Part shown: piece after piece, positions 1-8,739 of the stretch
Layout: the number at the start of each line of letters is the position of its first letter
How positions within the stretch are numbered: position 1 is the first letter of the stretch
From: Candidatus Kaiserbacteria bacterium
GTDB lineage: Bacteria; Patescibacteriota; Minisyncoccia; Phycocordibacterales; UBA2100
DNA length: 41,444 bases
Assembly: GCA_016186765.1 (NCBI GenBank)
Contig: JACPLD010000005.1
Coordinates: 79,785 to 121,228, forward strand
Reading direction: 5' to 3'
Notes under the pieces: model-generated
Told to the model about the DNA's origin: nothing
The model's input: only the letters and a program-made list of their open reading frames with translations
Database searches by the model: none
Program-made: the position numbers and the translations under genes

Positions 1-1
1 T

Positions 2-142
2 GGCGGGAGCGGCGTCTTCCTCGGATTGCCGGAAGGGTTCCTCTACACAAACGCGCTCAACCTCCAAATCGTCGCGATTTCCGCAGGCATTTGCACTCTC
101 GTGCGAATGAAGCTCGAGAAAGAAGGATCTTCATATCTCTAA
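2..142 (+). CDS. 3' end of a truncated, probably membrane, protein
   Basis: Open frame from window edge (GGSGVFLGLPEGFLYTNALNLQIVAISAGICTLVRMKLEKEGSSYL) to TAA 140-142, followed by a hairpin. Confidence 0.4.
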   Translation, partial: GGSGVFLGLPEGFLYTNALNLQIVAISAGICTLVRMKLEKEGSSYL

Positions 143-175
143 AACGCACGGCCCCGCCAAATGCGGGGCCGTGCG
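141..175 (-). terminator. Intrinsic terminator, probably bidirectional
   Basis: 13-bp stem CGCACGGCCCCGC/GCGGGGCCGTGCG, 5-nt loop, TTTT on the minus strand, between convergent genes. Confidence 0.75.
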
Positions 176-195
176 GGATTCACCCGATGTTTTCG

Positions 196-1971
196 TTATT
201 GTACTGTGAAGTAGAGCACGTTCGTCGCACCCACTGAGTTCGTTACGTAGACCGGATACACGCCGGGCGTCACCGTTTGTGTCGGAGCTCCGCAGAAATA
301 TCCCGGTTGGATAAGGTCGCACGCCGAAATGTACGTCGGAATGAGATACGCGATCTGCGTGCCACTGTTCGTCGAAGGGACATTGCGTGAGCCGCCGATG
401 CCGAAGTGCACGACGTTGTCGGTCGAGGTGAAGCCTGAGCCGTTAAGCGTCACCGTCGTGCCCACCGCGCCCTGCATCGGCGAGAGCGTGTTGAGCATGA
501 GCGGTCCGCCGCTCGGAGCCGATGTGACAGTCACGGTCCTCGTTGCAGAGGTCGTATTATTTGCACTCGAGACGTTGAAGTTGATCGTGAACGTACCGGC
601 ATTCGCATACACGTGCGTAAGGGTGAGCGTCTGCGTGCCGAAGAGATAAGCCGGAACTACGCTCGACGTCGAGGGAGTGCTGCTATCACCCCAGTTCACG
701 CTTGTCGTGAGGTAGGAACCGTATGGAGCGGTGACGTTAAGCGTCCATGTGCCCACACTCCCTGCTGCAAGCGAGGTCGGCCCCGACACGTTCGAGATCG
801 AAAGCGAGGTTGTTCCTTCGGTGATGGAGAGCGTGAGCGAGTTGCTCTGCGCACCGGTTCCGTTCACGACACGCACAGGGTAGTGGCCCGGCACGATTTG
901 CTGGAGACCATAGGGGCCTTGCAGCTGCTGGGGCACGGTAAAGGTGAGCTCTGTGCCGTTATTGGTCGAAGAAACTGTCGCGACGACACTGCCACCCATA
1001 TACACCGTGTTTCCTGTCGCGGAAAAGCCATTGCCCTTTACGGTGATCGTCGTACCCACCGCCGCCCAGTTAGGCGAGAGAGAGTTCAGCACCACATTGC
1101 TGTAGACGCCGCACTGATATTGGGTCTGACCCCACTGCCACCCCTGGTACCAGGGAAGTGGATTGCAAACCGATTGCACTTGCGTGACCGACAGCGAGAG
1201 GCTGTTTGAGGTTCCACGAGAGTTCGTCACGTACACGCTGTAGGTGCCAGGCGGAAGCGAGGGCACCGTAAATGTGAGCGAGGTGCCGTTGCTTGAGGCG
1301 ACCACTGTCGCACTGCCAACGTGCACTGTGTTCGTGCTGTATGCATCAAAGCCGAATCCATAGATAGTTATCGATGTGCCGATCTGCGCGCTGTAGCTAG
1401 AAAGCGATGTGATAGATACGCTTCCAAACTGATACGGCGGGTATGGGTAGCTTGGTGTCGTGAGCGGATATGTCGGTGTGGTAAATGGATACGTCGGCGT
1501 CGTAGGCGCATACGTTGGAGTCGTAATCGGATATGTCGGCGTCGGAAGCGGGTAGGTTGGAGCAATATTGGCTTGTGGATATGCCGTGCCCAAGATCCCG
1601 CCCTGGCCGGACAGACACGTGCGACTCTGAATTGCAGCGCGAGTCGTAGCATCGACATAGCCAGTCATTGGAATTCCTGCCGATTGCTGAAAATTGCGCA
1701 CAGCCTGCACGGTTGCATTGCCGAAGTAGCCGGTGATCATCCAGCTTCCGCCGCCGGGGTAATTTTGGCTCACGAGAAATTGCTGGAGCTTTGTCACTTC
1801 GGTGCCACGAGAACCAAACGAAAGGTCGGAGGTCAAGATGACGCATGCGGAGCCTGAGATCGGTGTCGTATAGGTTGGAGCAGTGTAGGTCGGCGGGTAG
1901 TACACCTGCGCAGAAGCTACACCTGCGAGAAAGAGAGCGCCCATGGCTGCACTAAGAGCAACGGTCTTCAT
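196..1971 (-). CDS. Secreted surface protein: peptidoglycan-binding domain, Pro/Thr/Tyr linker, IPT/TIG-like Ig repeats, PKD-like domain
   Basis: Signal peptide ending ASA-Q; GSRGTEVTKLQQFL...TGYFGNATVQAVRNFQ; repeated SLSP...GTxxTxxGxGF...N Ig-like units; VNWGD...HVY PKD-like motif. Confidence 0.85.
   Translation of the reverse strand: MKTVALSAAMGALFLAGVASAQVYYPPTYTAPTYTTPISGSACVILTSDLSFGSRGTEVTKLQQFLVSQNYPGGGSWMITGYFGNATVQAVRNFQQSAGIPMTGYVDATTRAAIQSRTCLSGQGGILGTAYPQANIAPTYPLPTPTYPITTPTYAPTTPTYPFTTPTYPLTTPSYPYPPYQFGSVSITSLSSYSAQIGTSITIYGFGFDAYSTNTVHVGSATVVASSNGTSLTFTVPSLPPGTYSVYVTNSRGTSNSLSLSVTQVQSVCNPLPWYQGWQWGQTQYQCGVYSNVVLNSLSPNWAAVGTTITVKGNGFSATGNTVYMGGSVVATVSSTNNGTELTFTVPQQLQGPYGLQQIVPGHYPVRVVNGTGAQSNSLTLSITEGTTSLSISNVSGPTSLAAGSVGTWTLNVTAPYGSYLTTSVNWGDSSTPSTSSVVPAYLFGTQTLTLTHVYANAGTFTINFNVSSANNTTSATRTVTVTSAPSGGPLMLNTLSPMQGAVGTTVTLNGSGFTSTDNVVHFGIGGSRNVPSTNSGTQIAYLIPTYISACDLIQPGYFCGAPTQTVTPGVYPVYVTNSVGATNVLYFTVQ
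1435..1560 (-). repeat. In-frame 21-nt (7-aa TPTYPxT) tandem repeat in linker
   Basis: PTYPLP-TPTYPIT-TPTYAPT-TPTYPFT-TPTYPLT-TPSYPYP. Confidence 0.85.
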
Positions 1972-2025
1972 AAAATATGGCTTAAAATATAGATAATTAT
2001 GCCGATTTGCACTCCTAATGGCGCA

Positions 2026-2055
2026 ACTATGCCTCAGCGAGGCCTACCTTGTCAA
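2026..2055 (-). promoter_or_regulatory. Candidate sigma70 promoter of the surface-protein gene
   Basis: TTGACA-N18-CATAGT on the minus strand. Confidence 0.4.
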
Positions 2056-2084
2056 GCTCGATCGATTATCGTCAAATCACGACT

Positions 2085-3146
2085 TTATCTTCCTCCCTCC
2101 TCTTCTCCTATTTCTAGCGTGGGGAGAAGTTCGCGCTGCTCGAATTTCTCTTGCGCTTCAATGAATACTTTCAAGGTCTTCGCATCTTTAAGGGCCTTCT
2201 CATATACCTCTTTGTCCTTGCCGTGTAGGTTCTTGATGAGTTCGCGTGTCTTCTGGAGCTGCTTCTTCACGCGCTCTGCGGTCGTCGCGTTCAAGTTTTT
2301 TTCAAATGCGTTAAACCGTGCCTCGGCCTCTTCAAGCGTCGAGGAGGCACTCTCACCAATGCGCACTGCGACCGGATCATCATTTGCCTCAAGCACGATG
2401 GAAGCGGTGATCGCGCTTTCGTCGCTCTTTACGAACGTTTGTACCGCAATATCACCCGAGACGCTGCGCTCCGCAGTGATGGAGACCGCACCTCCGCGCG
2501 CGAGGCGCTTGCCACGCTCCTTGAGAGCAGCCGCAAGGCGCACCGACTCGCGACGACTCGTTTCATCCTCCACTTCCTCGCCGAGCCGCTCGATAAGGGC
2601 ACTATGCGCGGCAAGTGCGGATTCGAAGCGGCTCGAAATGTCGGCGGCGGCAACAGGATCTTCTCGCTCGATCACCTCCACCTCACTATCGACTCTCGCG
2701 GCATGATCCTCGAGACGCGTCTCGAGTTCTGTTTTCGCTTCCGTCGTGAGTTCACCGCGCGACGTGAGCACTTCAGCCTCCTTCATGCGCCGCTCGGCAA
2801 GCTTTGTGTGCACTTCTGCTTTTGCTTCGGAGGAGATCGCGAGCACCTCAGCAACCTTCTCGTTCACTTGTACCTTGAAGGTATACAAAAGTTCGCCCGG
2901 TACGGCTGCTTCGGCTGCGTAGGCTGTGCCCCCTCCGATAACGGCAACCACCAATGCAAATGCAAGCGGGCTGACCAATTTCGATGAGATAAAGAGGTAG
3001 GGGCTCCGCGTAAGGCGAATTGGACTTTTTACCAGCGAGCCCGAGCGCATCGCGCTCTCAAGTGCATGGCGCATCACCTCCCGCTCCTTCGACGTGAGCT
3101 GGATTCCGTGTGTCTCTTTTTTCAGTTGTGAGAAAAATTTATTCAT
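2085..3146 (-). CDS. Membrane-anchored anti-sigma-like protein (DUF5667-like), likely start MNKFF
   Basis: Directly downstream of ECF sigma; one TM helix, then AVPGELLYTFKVQVNE motif and helical C-terminus. Confidence 0.7.
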   Translation of the reverse strand: MNKFFSQLKKETHGIQLTSKEREVMRHALESAMRSGSLVKSPIRLTRSPYLFISSKLVSPLAFALVVAVIGGGTAYAAEAAVPGELLYTFKVQVNEKVAEVLAISSEAKAEVHTKLAERRMKEAEVLTSRGELTTEAKTELETRLEDHAARVDSEVEVIEREDPVAAADISSRFESALAAHSALIERLGEEVEDETSRRESVRLAAALKERGKRLARGGAVSITAERSVSGDIAVQTFVKSDESAITASIVLEANDDPVAVRIGESASSTLEEAEARFNAFEKNLNATTAERVKKQLQKTRELIKNLHGKDKEVYEKALKDAKTLKVFIEAQEKFEQRELLPTLEIGEEEGGR

Positions 3147-3153
3147 AGGGTCA

Positions 3154-3699
3154 TCATTCCGATTCGAGCAACGCGTGCAACATCTTGAGGCCGCGGTGCA
3201 GCCGTACCGAAACGACATTCTCGCTTTGTCCGATACACGAAGCGATTTCCCCTATAGAGAAATCGTCGACATATCGCATCGCGAGCACTTCACGATAGAG
3301 ATCAGGAAGTTCCCGGATCGCACGGAGCGCGCGAGAACCATCGAAGCGATTCATCGCCTCCTCGAGCGGGTTGCTGCCGTCGGAGAGAAGCGCGTCCCTC
3401 TGTTCCCCCTCGTCGGTTTCAGTCATCTCGTCGAGCGAGAACGATTTTGCCTTCCGGTATTCGTCGATAATGAGATGCCGAAGCGTTCGAAATAGGAACG
3501 GCCGCATTTCTCGTATCTCCTCACCCCGGCTCGCATAGCCCCACGCTCGCAAAAAACACTCCTGCGTGAGCTCGAGCGCGCGATCCCGATCCGGGAGACG
3601 CAGCGCCGCGTGCCGAAAGAGCTCATCGGCATGTCGTTCGAATGCGTCGCGAAACGATCGTTCGATGTCTCTCATAGAAGACGCGGAGTATGCATCCAT
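3154..3699 (-). CDS. ECF (group 4) RNA polymerase sigma factor
   Basis: Region 2 (LELTQECFLRAW...FLFRTLRHLIIDEYRK) and region 4 (LPDLYREVLAMRY...EIA...VSVRLHRG) only; start at 3699 is inferred. Confidence 0.9.
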   Translation of the reverse strand: MDAYSASSMRDIERSFRDAFERHADELFRHAALRLPDRDRALELTQECFLRAWGYASRGEEIREMRPFLFRTLRHLIIDEYRKAKSFSLDEMTETDEGEQRDALLSDGSNPLEEAMNRFDGSRALRAIRELPDLYREVLAMRYVDDFSIGEIASCIGQSENVVSVRLHRGLKMLHALLESE

Positions 3700-3705
3700 A
3701 TTACC

Positions 3706-3816
3706 AAACGACCCCACGAAAGGGTCGTTTGCGGGCGAGCCCGTCGGTGAAGCGTTGCTGAAGTCGCCCTCATATGCCGGGGAGGCGAGGCTCCTCAAAG
3801 CTCTCGCCTCCCCGGC
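3706..3816 (-). promoter_or_regulatory. Multi-hairpin 5' leader of the ECF sigma gene
   Basis: 14-bp perfect stem 3776-3789/3803-3816; 9-bp stem 3706-3714/3722-3730 ending 6 nt before ATG; GGGCGA/TCGCCC stem between them. Confidence 0.5.
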
Positions 3817-3830
3817 TCATGCGATTACCT

Positions 3831-3857
3831 TTCGCAACCGAAACATGGATTGTTTCC
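3831..3857 (-). promoter_or_regulatory. Candidate ECF-type (autoregulatory) promoter
   Basis: GGAAAC-N17-CGAA, matching the generic AAC...CG ECF layout. Confidence 0.3.
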
Positions 3858-3957
3858 CGTTTCTCCGTGACATGGTGAAAATTGGAACTACCTTGCTAAT
3901 TTTCGAGCACTACCGCCCCGCGCTACAAGCTCGGAGCGGCGCCTCGAAGAAGGAGCG

Positions 3958-4000
3958 ATTCTACGTCCATGCTACGAAGCACCTATGAATCAGGAATGAA
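3958..4000 (-). promoter_or_regulatory. Candidate OmpR-family box and -10 upstream of the sigma gene
   Basis: TTCAT-N6-TTCAT-N6-TTCGT (11-bp period), then TAGAAT at 3963-3958. Confidence 0.45.
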
Positions 4001-4008
4001 GGCTGCTA

Positions 4009-5205
4009 TCAGCCCGCGCGATGAGAAAAATCCACCGTGACCTCGCCAGCACTATCGTCACGTCGCATCTCTCCCAAAAGATCGAGGCTCACGCGGCCCG
4101 CCGGAAGCTGGATCGTGATGATTGTGCCGCGCTTCTCGGCGCTTCGCACGGTCACCTTGCCATTGTGGAGCTTGACGAGCTCGGAAACGATCGTGAGACC
4201 CAAACCCGAGCCCGCTTCGCCGCGGCGACGGGAAGGGTCGGCTCGGTAGTAGGGCTCGAAGATGCGGAAGAGATCTTTCCGCGCAATCCCAATGCCGAAA
4301 TCCTGTACCGTGAACTCGATGTGGTCCGGATGCAATGGCTCGATAGTGACGATGACGCGGCCGCGCTCCGGTGAATAGGTGATGGCGTTTTTGAGGACGT
4401 TCATCGCGATCTGCTCGAGCGCGGCCGCGTTCCCCCACACGACTCGCCGCTCGCTCATGCGCGCCGTAATCTCCACCCGCCTCGAATCCGCAAGATCTTT
4501 CAACTTCCCAATGACGCCACGCACAATCGGACCCAGATCAAGATCCTTGAACTCGATTCGCTCCGGCCGCACCGAGGCGGAGAGCGAAAGGAGGTTGTTG
4601 ATGATCTCGGAGATGCGGTCGAGCTCTTCGACAGTGCTATGGAGCGTCGCTTTTGTGTCGCGCTCAAGACCCTGCGACATGAGTGCAACCTCGGTGTTGG
4701 TCTTGATGATAGAAAGCGGCGTACGGATCTCGTGCGCGACGTTGCCGATGAACTGTTTTTGCGACTCGAGTGCGCTGCGCGTCGGCGAGAGCGCGAGACG
4801 CGCGATGAGGTAACCCAAGATGATCGTGACAAGAACAACCGCGATCGCCGCCCACGCGACCGTTCTCACGCGCATCGAAGAGAGCTCTTCGGCAACCGAC
4901 TCGCTAATCGTTCCTGTGTCGGACGGTCTTATGAGCACCTGCTCAATCCCGTGCAAGAGCGCTGCCGAGGCGTCGTGGTAGAGCACGCTCGCCGCGATGC
5001 CGACGATCAGAAGCAGGAGCGCCGCGAAGCAGACCTGCAGCGCCACCACGCTCACCTCGGTACGGAAGAACGGGTCGAGCCGGTACCTATGCGCGAAGCC
5101 GGTAGCCGATGCCGCGAACTGTTTCGAGTAGGCCCGTGTCTCCTCCGCCAAGTTTTCTGCGAAGGTTCTTAACGTGGACATCAACGACATTGCTAAATCC
5201 GACAT
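4009..5205 (-). CDS. Sensor histidine kinase, two TM helices with short loop; start uncertain
   Basis: H-box AHEIRTPL, N-box NVLKNAITY, DFGIGI, IFEPYYRAD, GSGLGL. Confidence 0.92.
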   Translation of the reverse strand: MSDLAMSLMSTLRTFAENLAEETRAYSKQFAASATGFAHRYRLDPFFRTEVSVVALQVCFAALLLLIVGIAASVLYHDASAALLHGIEQVLIRPSDTGTISESVAEELSSMRVRTVAWAAIAVVLVTIILGYLIARLALSPTRSALESQKQFIGNVAHEIRTPLSIIKTNTEVALMSQGLERDTKATLHSTVEELDRISEIINNLLSLSASVRPERIEFKDLDLGPIVRGVIGKLKDLADSRRVEITARMSERRVVWGNAAALEQIAMNVLKNAITYSPERGRVIVTIEPLHPDHIEFTVQDFGIGIARKDLFRIFEPYYRADPSRRRGEAGSGLGLTIVSELVKLHNGKVTVRSAEKRGTIITIQLPAGRVSLDLLGEMRRDDSAGEVTVDFSHRAG

Positions 5206-5758
5206 AATTGAAATCCCAGAGGTGGCTAAGAAGGTCTTCCCGACTCACGACCTTGTCAGGATTGCGCATGAAGTACTCGAGAAGACCAAACTCTTTCAAG
5301 GTGAGTGGGACACTGTGCCCGTCGCGTGTCACGCGCCGCGTGACAGGGTTCAGCTCGATGTCATCGCTGCGTAACACTTCAGGTACGCTCTCCGTTGGTC
5401 GTCTTGAGAGCGCACGCAGCCTCGCCGAAAGTTCCGCGAAGGAGAATGGCTTCACGAGGTAGTCGTCGGCGCCAGAGAGAAGGAGCTTCACCTTGTTGTC
5501 CGTCTCTGCACGTGCGGTGAGCACGAGGACGGGCACCGTGATGTCCTCAGCCCGCATTTGCTTGCATATCTCGAGCCCATCCATCGAAGGGAGCATGAGG
5601 TCGAGGATGACGATGTCGTAGTCGCTGCGGTGGAGCGATATCCGCGTGAGCGCCTTTTTTCCATCGCCCACGATATCGACGGCGTAGCCCTGGAGTTCAA
5701 GCCCGCGCTTCAAGGCAGTCGCCAATTTTTGCTCGTCTTCGACAAGAAGTATTTTCAT
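5087..5758 (-). CDS. OmpR/PhoB-family response regulator
   Basis: ILLVEDE, ILDLMLP, LTA, VKPF receiver residues; winged-helix end VDVHVKNLRRKL...ETVRGIGY. Confidence 0.95.
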   Translation of the reverse strand: MKILLVEDEQKLATALKRGLELQGYAVDIVGDGKKALTRISLHRSDYDIVILDLMLPSMDGLEICKQMRAEDITVPVLVLTARAETDNKVKLLLSGADDYLVKPFSFAELSARLRALSRRPTESVPEVLRSDDIELNPVTRRVTRDGHSVPLTLKEFGLLEYFMRNPDKVVSREDLLSHLWDFNYVGFSNVVDVHVKNLRRKLGGGDTGLLETVRGIGYRLRA

Positions 5759-5828
5759 AATGATGCTCTACTAGGTTGTTGGCTGCTAAGTGGCCTCGTA
5801 GCCACGGGAATACTCTGAAGTATGCCAG

Positions 5829-5844
5829 ATGAAGTTTTCATGAG
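5829..5844 (-). promoter_or_regulatory. Candidate OmpR-family box upstream of the response regulator
   Basis: CTCAT-N6-TTCAT, same motif and spacing as at 3985-4000. Confidence 0.35.
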
Positions 5845-5935
5845 CATCCTCCTTTTAGGACGTTCCAATACAGTCGTGCTTACTCCGCAGGATTACATCT
5901 ACATCGAGCCTTCGCGCGTATTCGACACACTGTCG

Positions 5936-5962
5936 GTAACGTTCATGACGACTCGTCCGTCA
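5936..5962 (+). promoter_or_regulatory. Candidate ECF-type promoter of the second PG-binding gene
   Basis: GTAAC-N17-CGTCA. Confidence 0.3.
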
Positions 5963-6018
5963 CAAGAGCGGGTCGACCTTGCATTATCAAGAACTAAGAA
6001 ACAAATAACATATAAGGT

Positions 6019-6690
6019 ATGAAAGTAGCATTATCTCGAACACTAGGGCTCGCAGCCGGGCTCGCGCTTGTCCTCCTATGGGCATCCTCTGCTTCTGCAC
6101 AGGTTGTGTTTACCGAGCAAATGAGCATCGGCTCCCGTGGCGCTCACGTGACGGCCCTGCAGTCGTACCTCGCGACAAAGACGACATACTACCCAGAAGG
6201 ATTAGTGACCGGCTACTTCGGTGCGTTGACGCAAGCTGCCGTGCAGCGCTTTCAGTGCGCTGAAGAAATAGTCTGTTCAGGAACTGTCGCGACGACCGGT
6301 TATGGTCGCGCTGGTCCCAAGACCTTGCTGCAGCTGAACCTTCGCGCAGGAGGTAGTGTCGGTGCTGATGTCTCGGCGCCGTTCATCTTCGGCGTGTCTG
6401 CTGCAACGTCTTCAAACAGCGCGACGATCAGCTTCGCGACGAACGAATCGGCACGAGGCCAGGTCTACTACGCTCCCAACGGCCTGACGCTAACGGAAGC
6501 AGCGGGCCCCGGCTTCACGCCGATAGTAGGCGGAACTGCGGTCATGACGGATGCTGCGCTGAAAACATCGCATGCAGTCACCATCACTGGACTTGCATCC
6601 TCGACGACGTACTTCTACACGGTACAGGCAGTGGACGCGAGCGGAAATCTGAGCGTGACATGGCCTGCATGGTTCAGGACAAATCCCTAA
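6019..6690 (+). CDS. Secreted peptidoglycan-binding protein with C-terminal FN3/Ig-like domain
   Basis: Signal peptide ASA-Q; GSRGAHVTALQSYL...TGYFGALTQAAVQRFQ; HAVTITGLASSTTYFYTVQAVD. Confidence 0.85.
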   Translation: MKVALSRTLGLAAGLALVLLWASSASAQVVFTEQMSIGSRGAHVTALQSYLATKTTYYPEGLVTGYFGALTQAAVQRFQCAEEIVCSGTVATTGYGRAGPKTLLQLNLRAGGSVGADVSAPFIFGVSAATSSNSATISFATNESARGQVYYAPNGLTLTEAAGPGFTPIVGGTAVMTDAALKTSHAVTITGLASSTTYFYTVQAVDASGNLSVTWPAWFRTNP

Positions 6691-6701
6691 CAATGTCGAG
6701 C

Positions 6702-6735
6702 AAGAAACCGCCGCCTTAGAAGGCGGCGGTTCTTT
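6702..6735. terminator. Bidirectional intrinsic terminator
   Basis: ACCGCCGCCT-TAGA-AGGCGGCGGT flanked by AAGAA and TCTTT between convergent genes. Confidence 0.8.
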
Positions 6736-6762
6736 ACGTTTCTCTGGACATCTCGTTGAAAA

Positions 6763-7458
6763 TCAATTTGCCCTCGGTTCAGCTTTCACGCGCTCTTCGG
6801 AGATAATGCGGCCATCGTCGAGCTGCACGATGCGCTGCGTTAGCTTTGCGTATTGATCTTCGTGGGTAACCATGATGATAGTCTGCCCCGCTTTGTGAAG
6901 ATCGGTAAATATTTCCATGATGCGCTTAGCAGAGTCGTTGTCGAGGTTTGCGGTTGGCTCATCTGCAAAAAGAATTTTTGGATTGTGCGCAACTGCTCGG
7001 ACGATAGAAACACGCTGCTGCTCGCCGCCCGAAAGTTGGCTCGGAAGATTTCCGGTACGATGACCAAGATCCGCGCGCTCGATCGCTGAAAGTGCCCTGC
7101 CATATGCATCAGCTTTTGGAAGACCCTGCATAAGGAGCGGCAACGCGACGTTTTCGAGCGCAGTTAGCTCCGGCAAAAGCGCATAGTCCTGGAACACAAA
7201 TCCGAACTTCGAGAGCCGAAACTGCATTTTCTCTTTCGCGCTCATTCCGTGCGTATCATGTCCGTCAATGACAACCTCTCCACTTGTCGGGTCGTCGAGA
7301 AGGCTCATCTGATAGAGAAAGGTTGATTTGCCAGCACCCGAGCGGCCCATGATCGCGACCCATTCGCCTTGCGATGCCGCAAAATCAATTCCCTTCAAAA
7401 CAGGTGTTAACACATCACCATTTTTGAACGTCTTTACAAGTTGCTTGGTCCGTACCAT
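6763..7458 (-). CDS. ABC transporter ATP-binding protein (LolD/MacB-type)
   Basis: [33 protein letters not shown]. Confidence 0.93.
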   Translation of the reverse strand: MVRTKQLVKTFKNGDVLTPVLKGIDFAASQGEWVAIMGRSGAGKSTFLYQMSLLDDPTSGEVVIDGHDTHGMSAKEKMQFRLSKFGFVFQDYALLPELTALENVALPLLMQGLPKADAYGRALSAIERADLGHRTGNLPSQLSGGEQQRVSIVRAVAHNPKILFADEPTANLDNDSAKRIMEIFTDLHKAGQTIIMVTHEDQYAKLTQRIVQLDDGRIISEERVKAEPRAN

Positions 7459-7483
7459 AGTTCGACTTCGCTCACTATAAATA

Positions 7484-8734
7484 TCAGTTTCTACCTAAGA
7501 TCGAATCGAGCGTATTTCTCCTGATAATCATCCATGCGGGTATGTAGCCGGCAATGACGGTTGAGACAACAAGAAGTCCAACGCGGAAGAAGGTTTGTTC
7601 ATAGGGTGCAACGAGGATCCCGTCGCTGAAAGGAAAATCTATCGGATTAGCAGCGAAATACGGAACAAGAAATCCATATACTAAGAGGAGTCCCACTGCA
7701 GATCCGATAACGGCATAGAAAATCGACTGGAAGACGTACGAATACTCGATCGCCCTCCCGTTCACACCGATGCCCTTCAAAATGCCGATGTACTTGCGGC
7801 GCGTCAGAGCGTTCACGAAAATCACAATGAAAATGGTCACGGATGCGACGACGAGTCCGATCGAGGAGAACATCGCACCCAACATATTAAAAGTACTGAT
7901 GACATCTTTGAATGCTTGCGGCTGCGCCTCCTCGAAGGTTTGCACTCTCGCATCCTGTTTTGCGCCTCGAAGAACCAAAGCGTCGCGGATTTCTTCCGGA
8001 GTCGTCTCTTCATCTATCTTGATGGCGATCTCGTCAACATTCCCATCGTTGCGTCCGATGATGCTCCTAAACTGCGAGTCGATCATAAAAGCGCGCAGTG
8101 CGATCTCGTCCACCTTACTCTTGAGGATGCCCTTCACGGTAACCTCTCTTGCCACTCCGCCCACATGCAGACGGATCTTTGTGCCGATGCCGACGTTATC
8201 CAGAGTCGCAAGTCCAGGCGTTTCAAACAAGATGTACTGCTTCAAAAGATAGTTGCCGAGCACTATTTTGTCGTAGTCGCCCGCCTCGAGGAATTCCCCT
8301 TCGATAATGTCGTTTGAGATTCCGCTGATCGCGTCTTCTTCTTCCGGATCTATGCCGACGACCAATGCATTTGCGATATCGGGCTTGTCTGATTCCTTCC
8401 GCGTCTGGTAACCCGCCTCGAGTCGCGATGGTTCGATGTAGCGGGCCGTCACACGCTCAACGCCCTGCAGTTCTTTGGCAAGCGCTATGAGGTTCCCGCT
8501 GTTCTCAATGTAGCTTTTATCGCTCAACGTCGAGACAATGACATCGCTCGTGTATTCGGTGCGTAGGGCATCAACCGCTCCCTGCAAGAGCCCAACAAGA
8601 ATTCCCGAGATGACGACGAGATTGAGGAAGGTGAGCACCATCACGAAGACAATGAGCCCTGTGGTCCAAAGCGATGCCCGCTTCAGCGCGCGCAGCGCTA
8701 AGAAAAAACCAACGCGAATATTCAGCGGCACCAT
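7484..8734 (-). CDS. FtsX/MacB-type ABC permease
   Basis: N-terminal TM, large extracytoplasmic domain, three C-terminal TMs; RRKYIGILKGIG. Confidence 0.88.
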   Translation of the reverse strand: MVPLNIRVGFFLALRALKRASLWTTGLIVFVMVLTFLNLVVISGILVGLLQGAVDALRTEYTSDVIVSTLSDKSYIENSGNLIALAKELQGVERVTARYIEPSRLEAGYQTRKESDKPDIANALVVGIDPEEEDAISGISNDIIEGEFLEAGDYDKIVLGNYLLKQYILFETPGLATLDNVGIGTKIRLHVGGVAREVTVKGILKSKVDEIALRAFMIDSQFRSIIGRNDGNVDEIAIKIDEETTPEEIRDALVLRGAKQDARVQTFEEAQPQAFKDVISTFNMLGAMFSSIGLVVASVTIFIVIFVNALTRRKYIGILKGIGVNGRAIEYSYVFQSIFYAVIGSAVGLLLVYGFLVPYFAANPIDFPFSDGILVAPYEQTFFRVGLLVVSTVIAGYIPAWMIIRRNTLDSILGRN

Positions 8735-8739
8735 GCACC

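Noticed and set aside
1435-1560. Similarity of TPTYPxT to the RNA Pol II CTD heptad
   Set aside because: Secreted protein; shared Pro/Thr/Tyr composition is convergent low complexity
3706-3760. GCAAAC plus hairpin as a c-di-GMP-I riboswitch
   Set aside because: The second GCAAA and the tetraloop-receptor stem are missing
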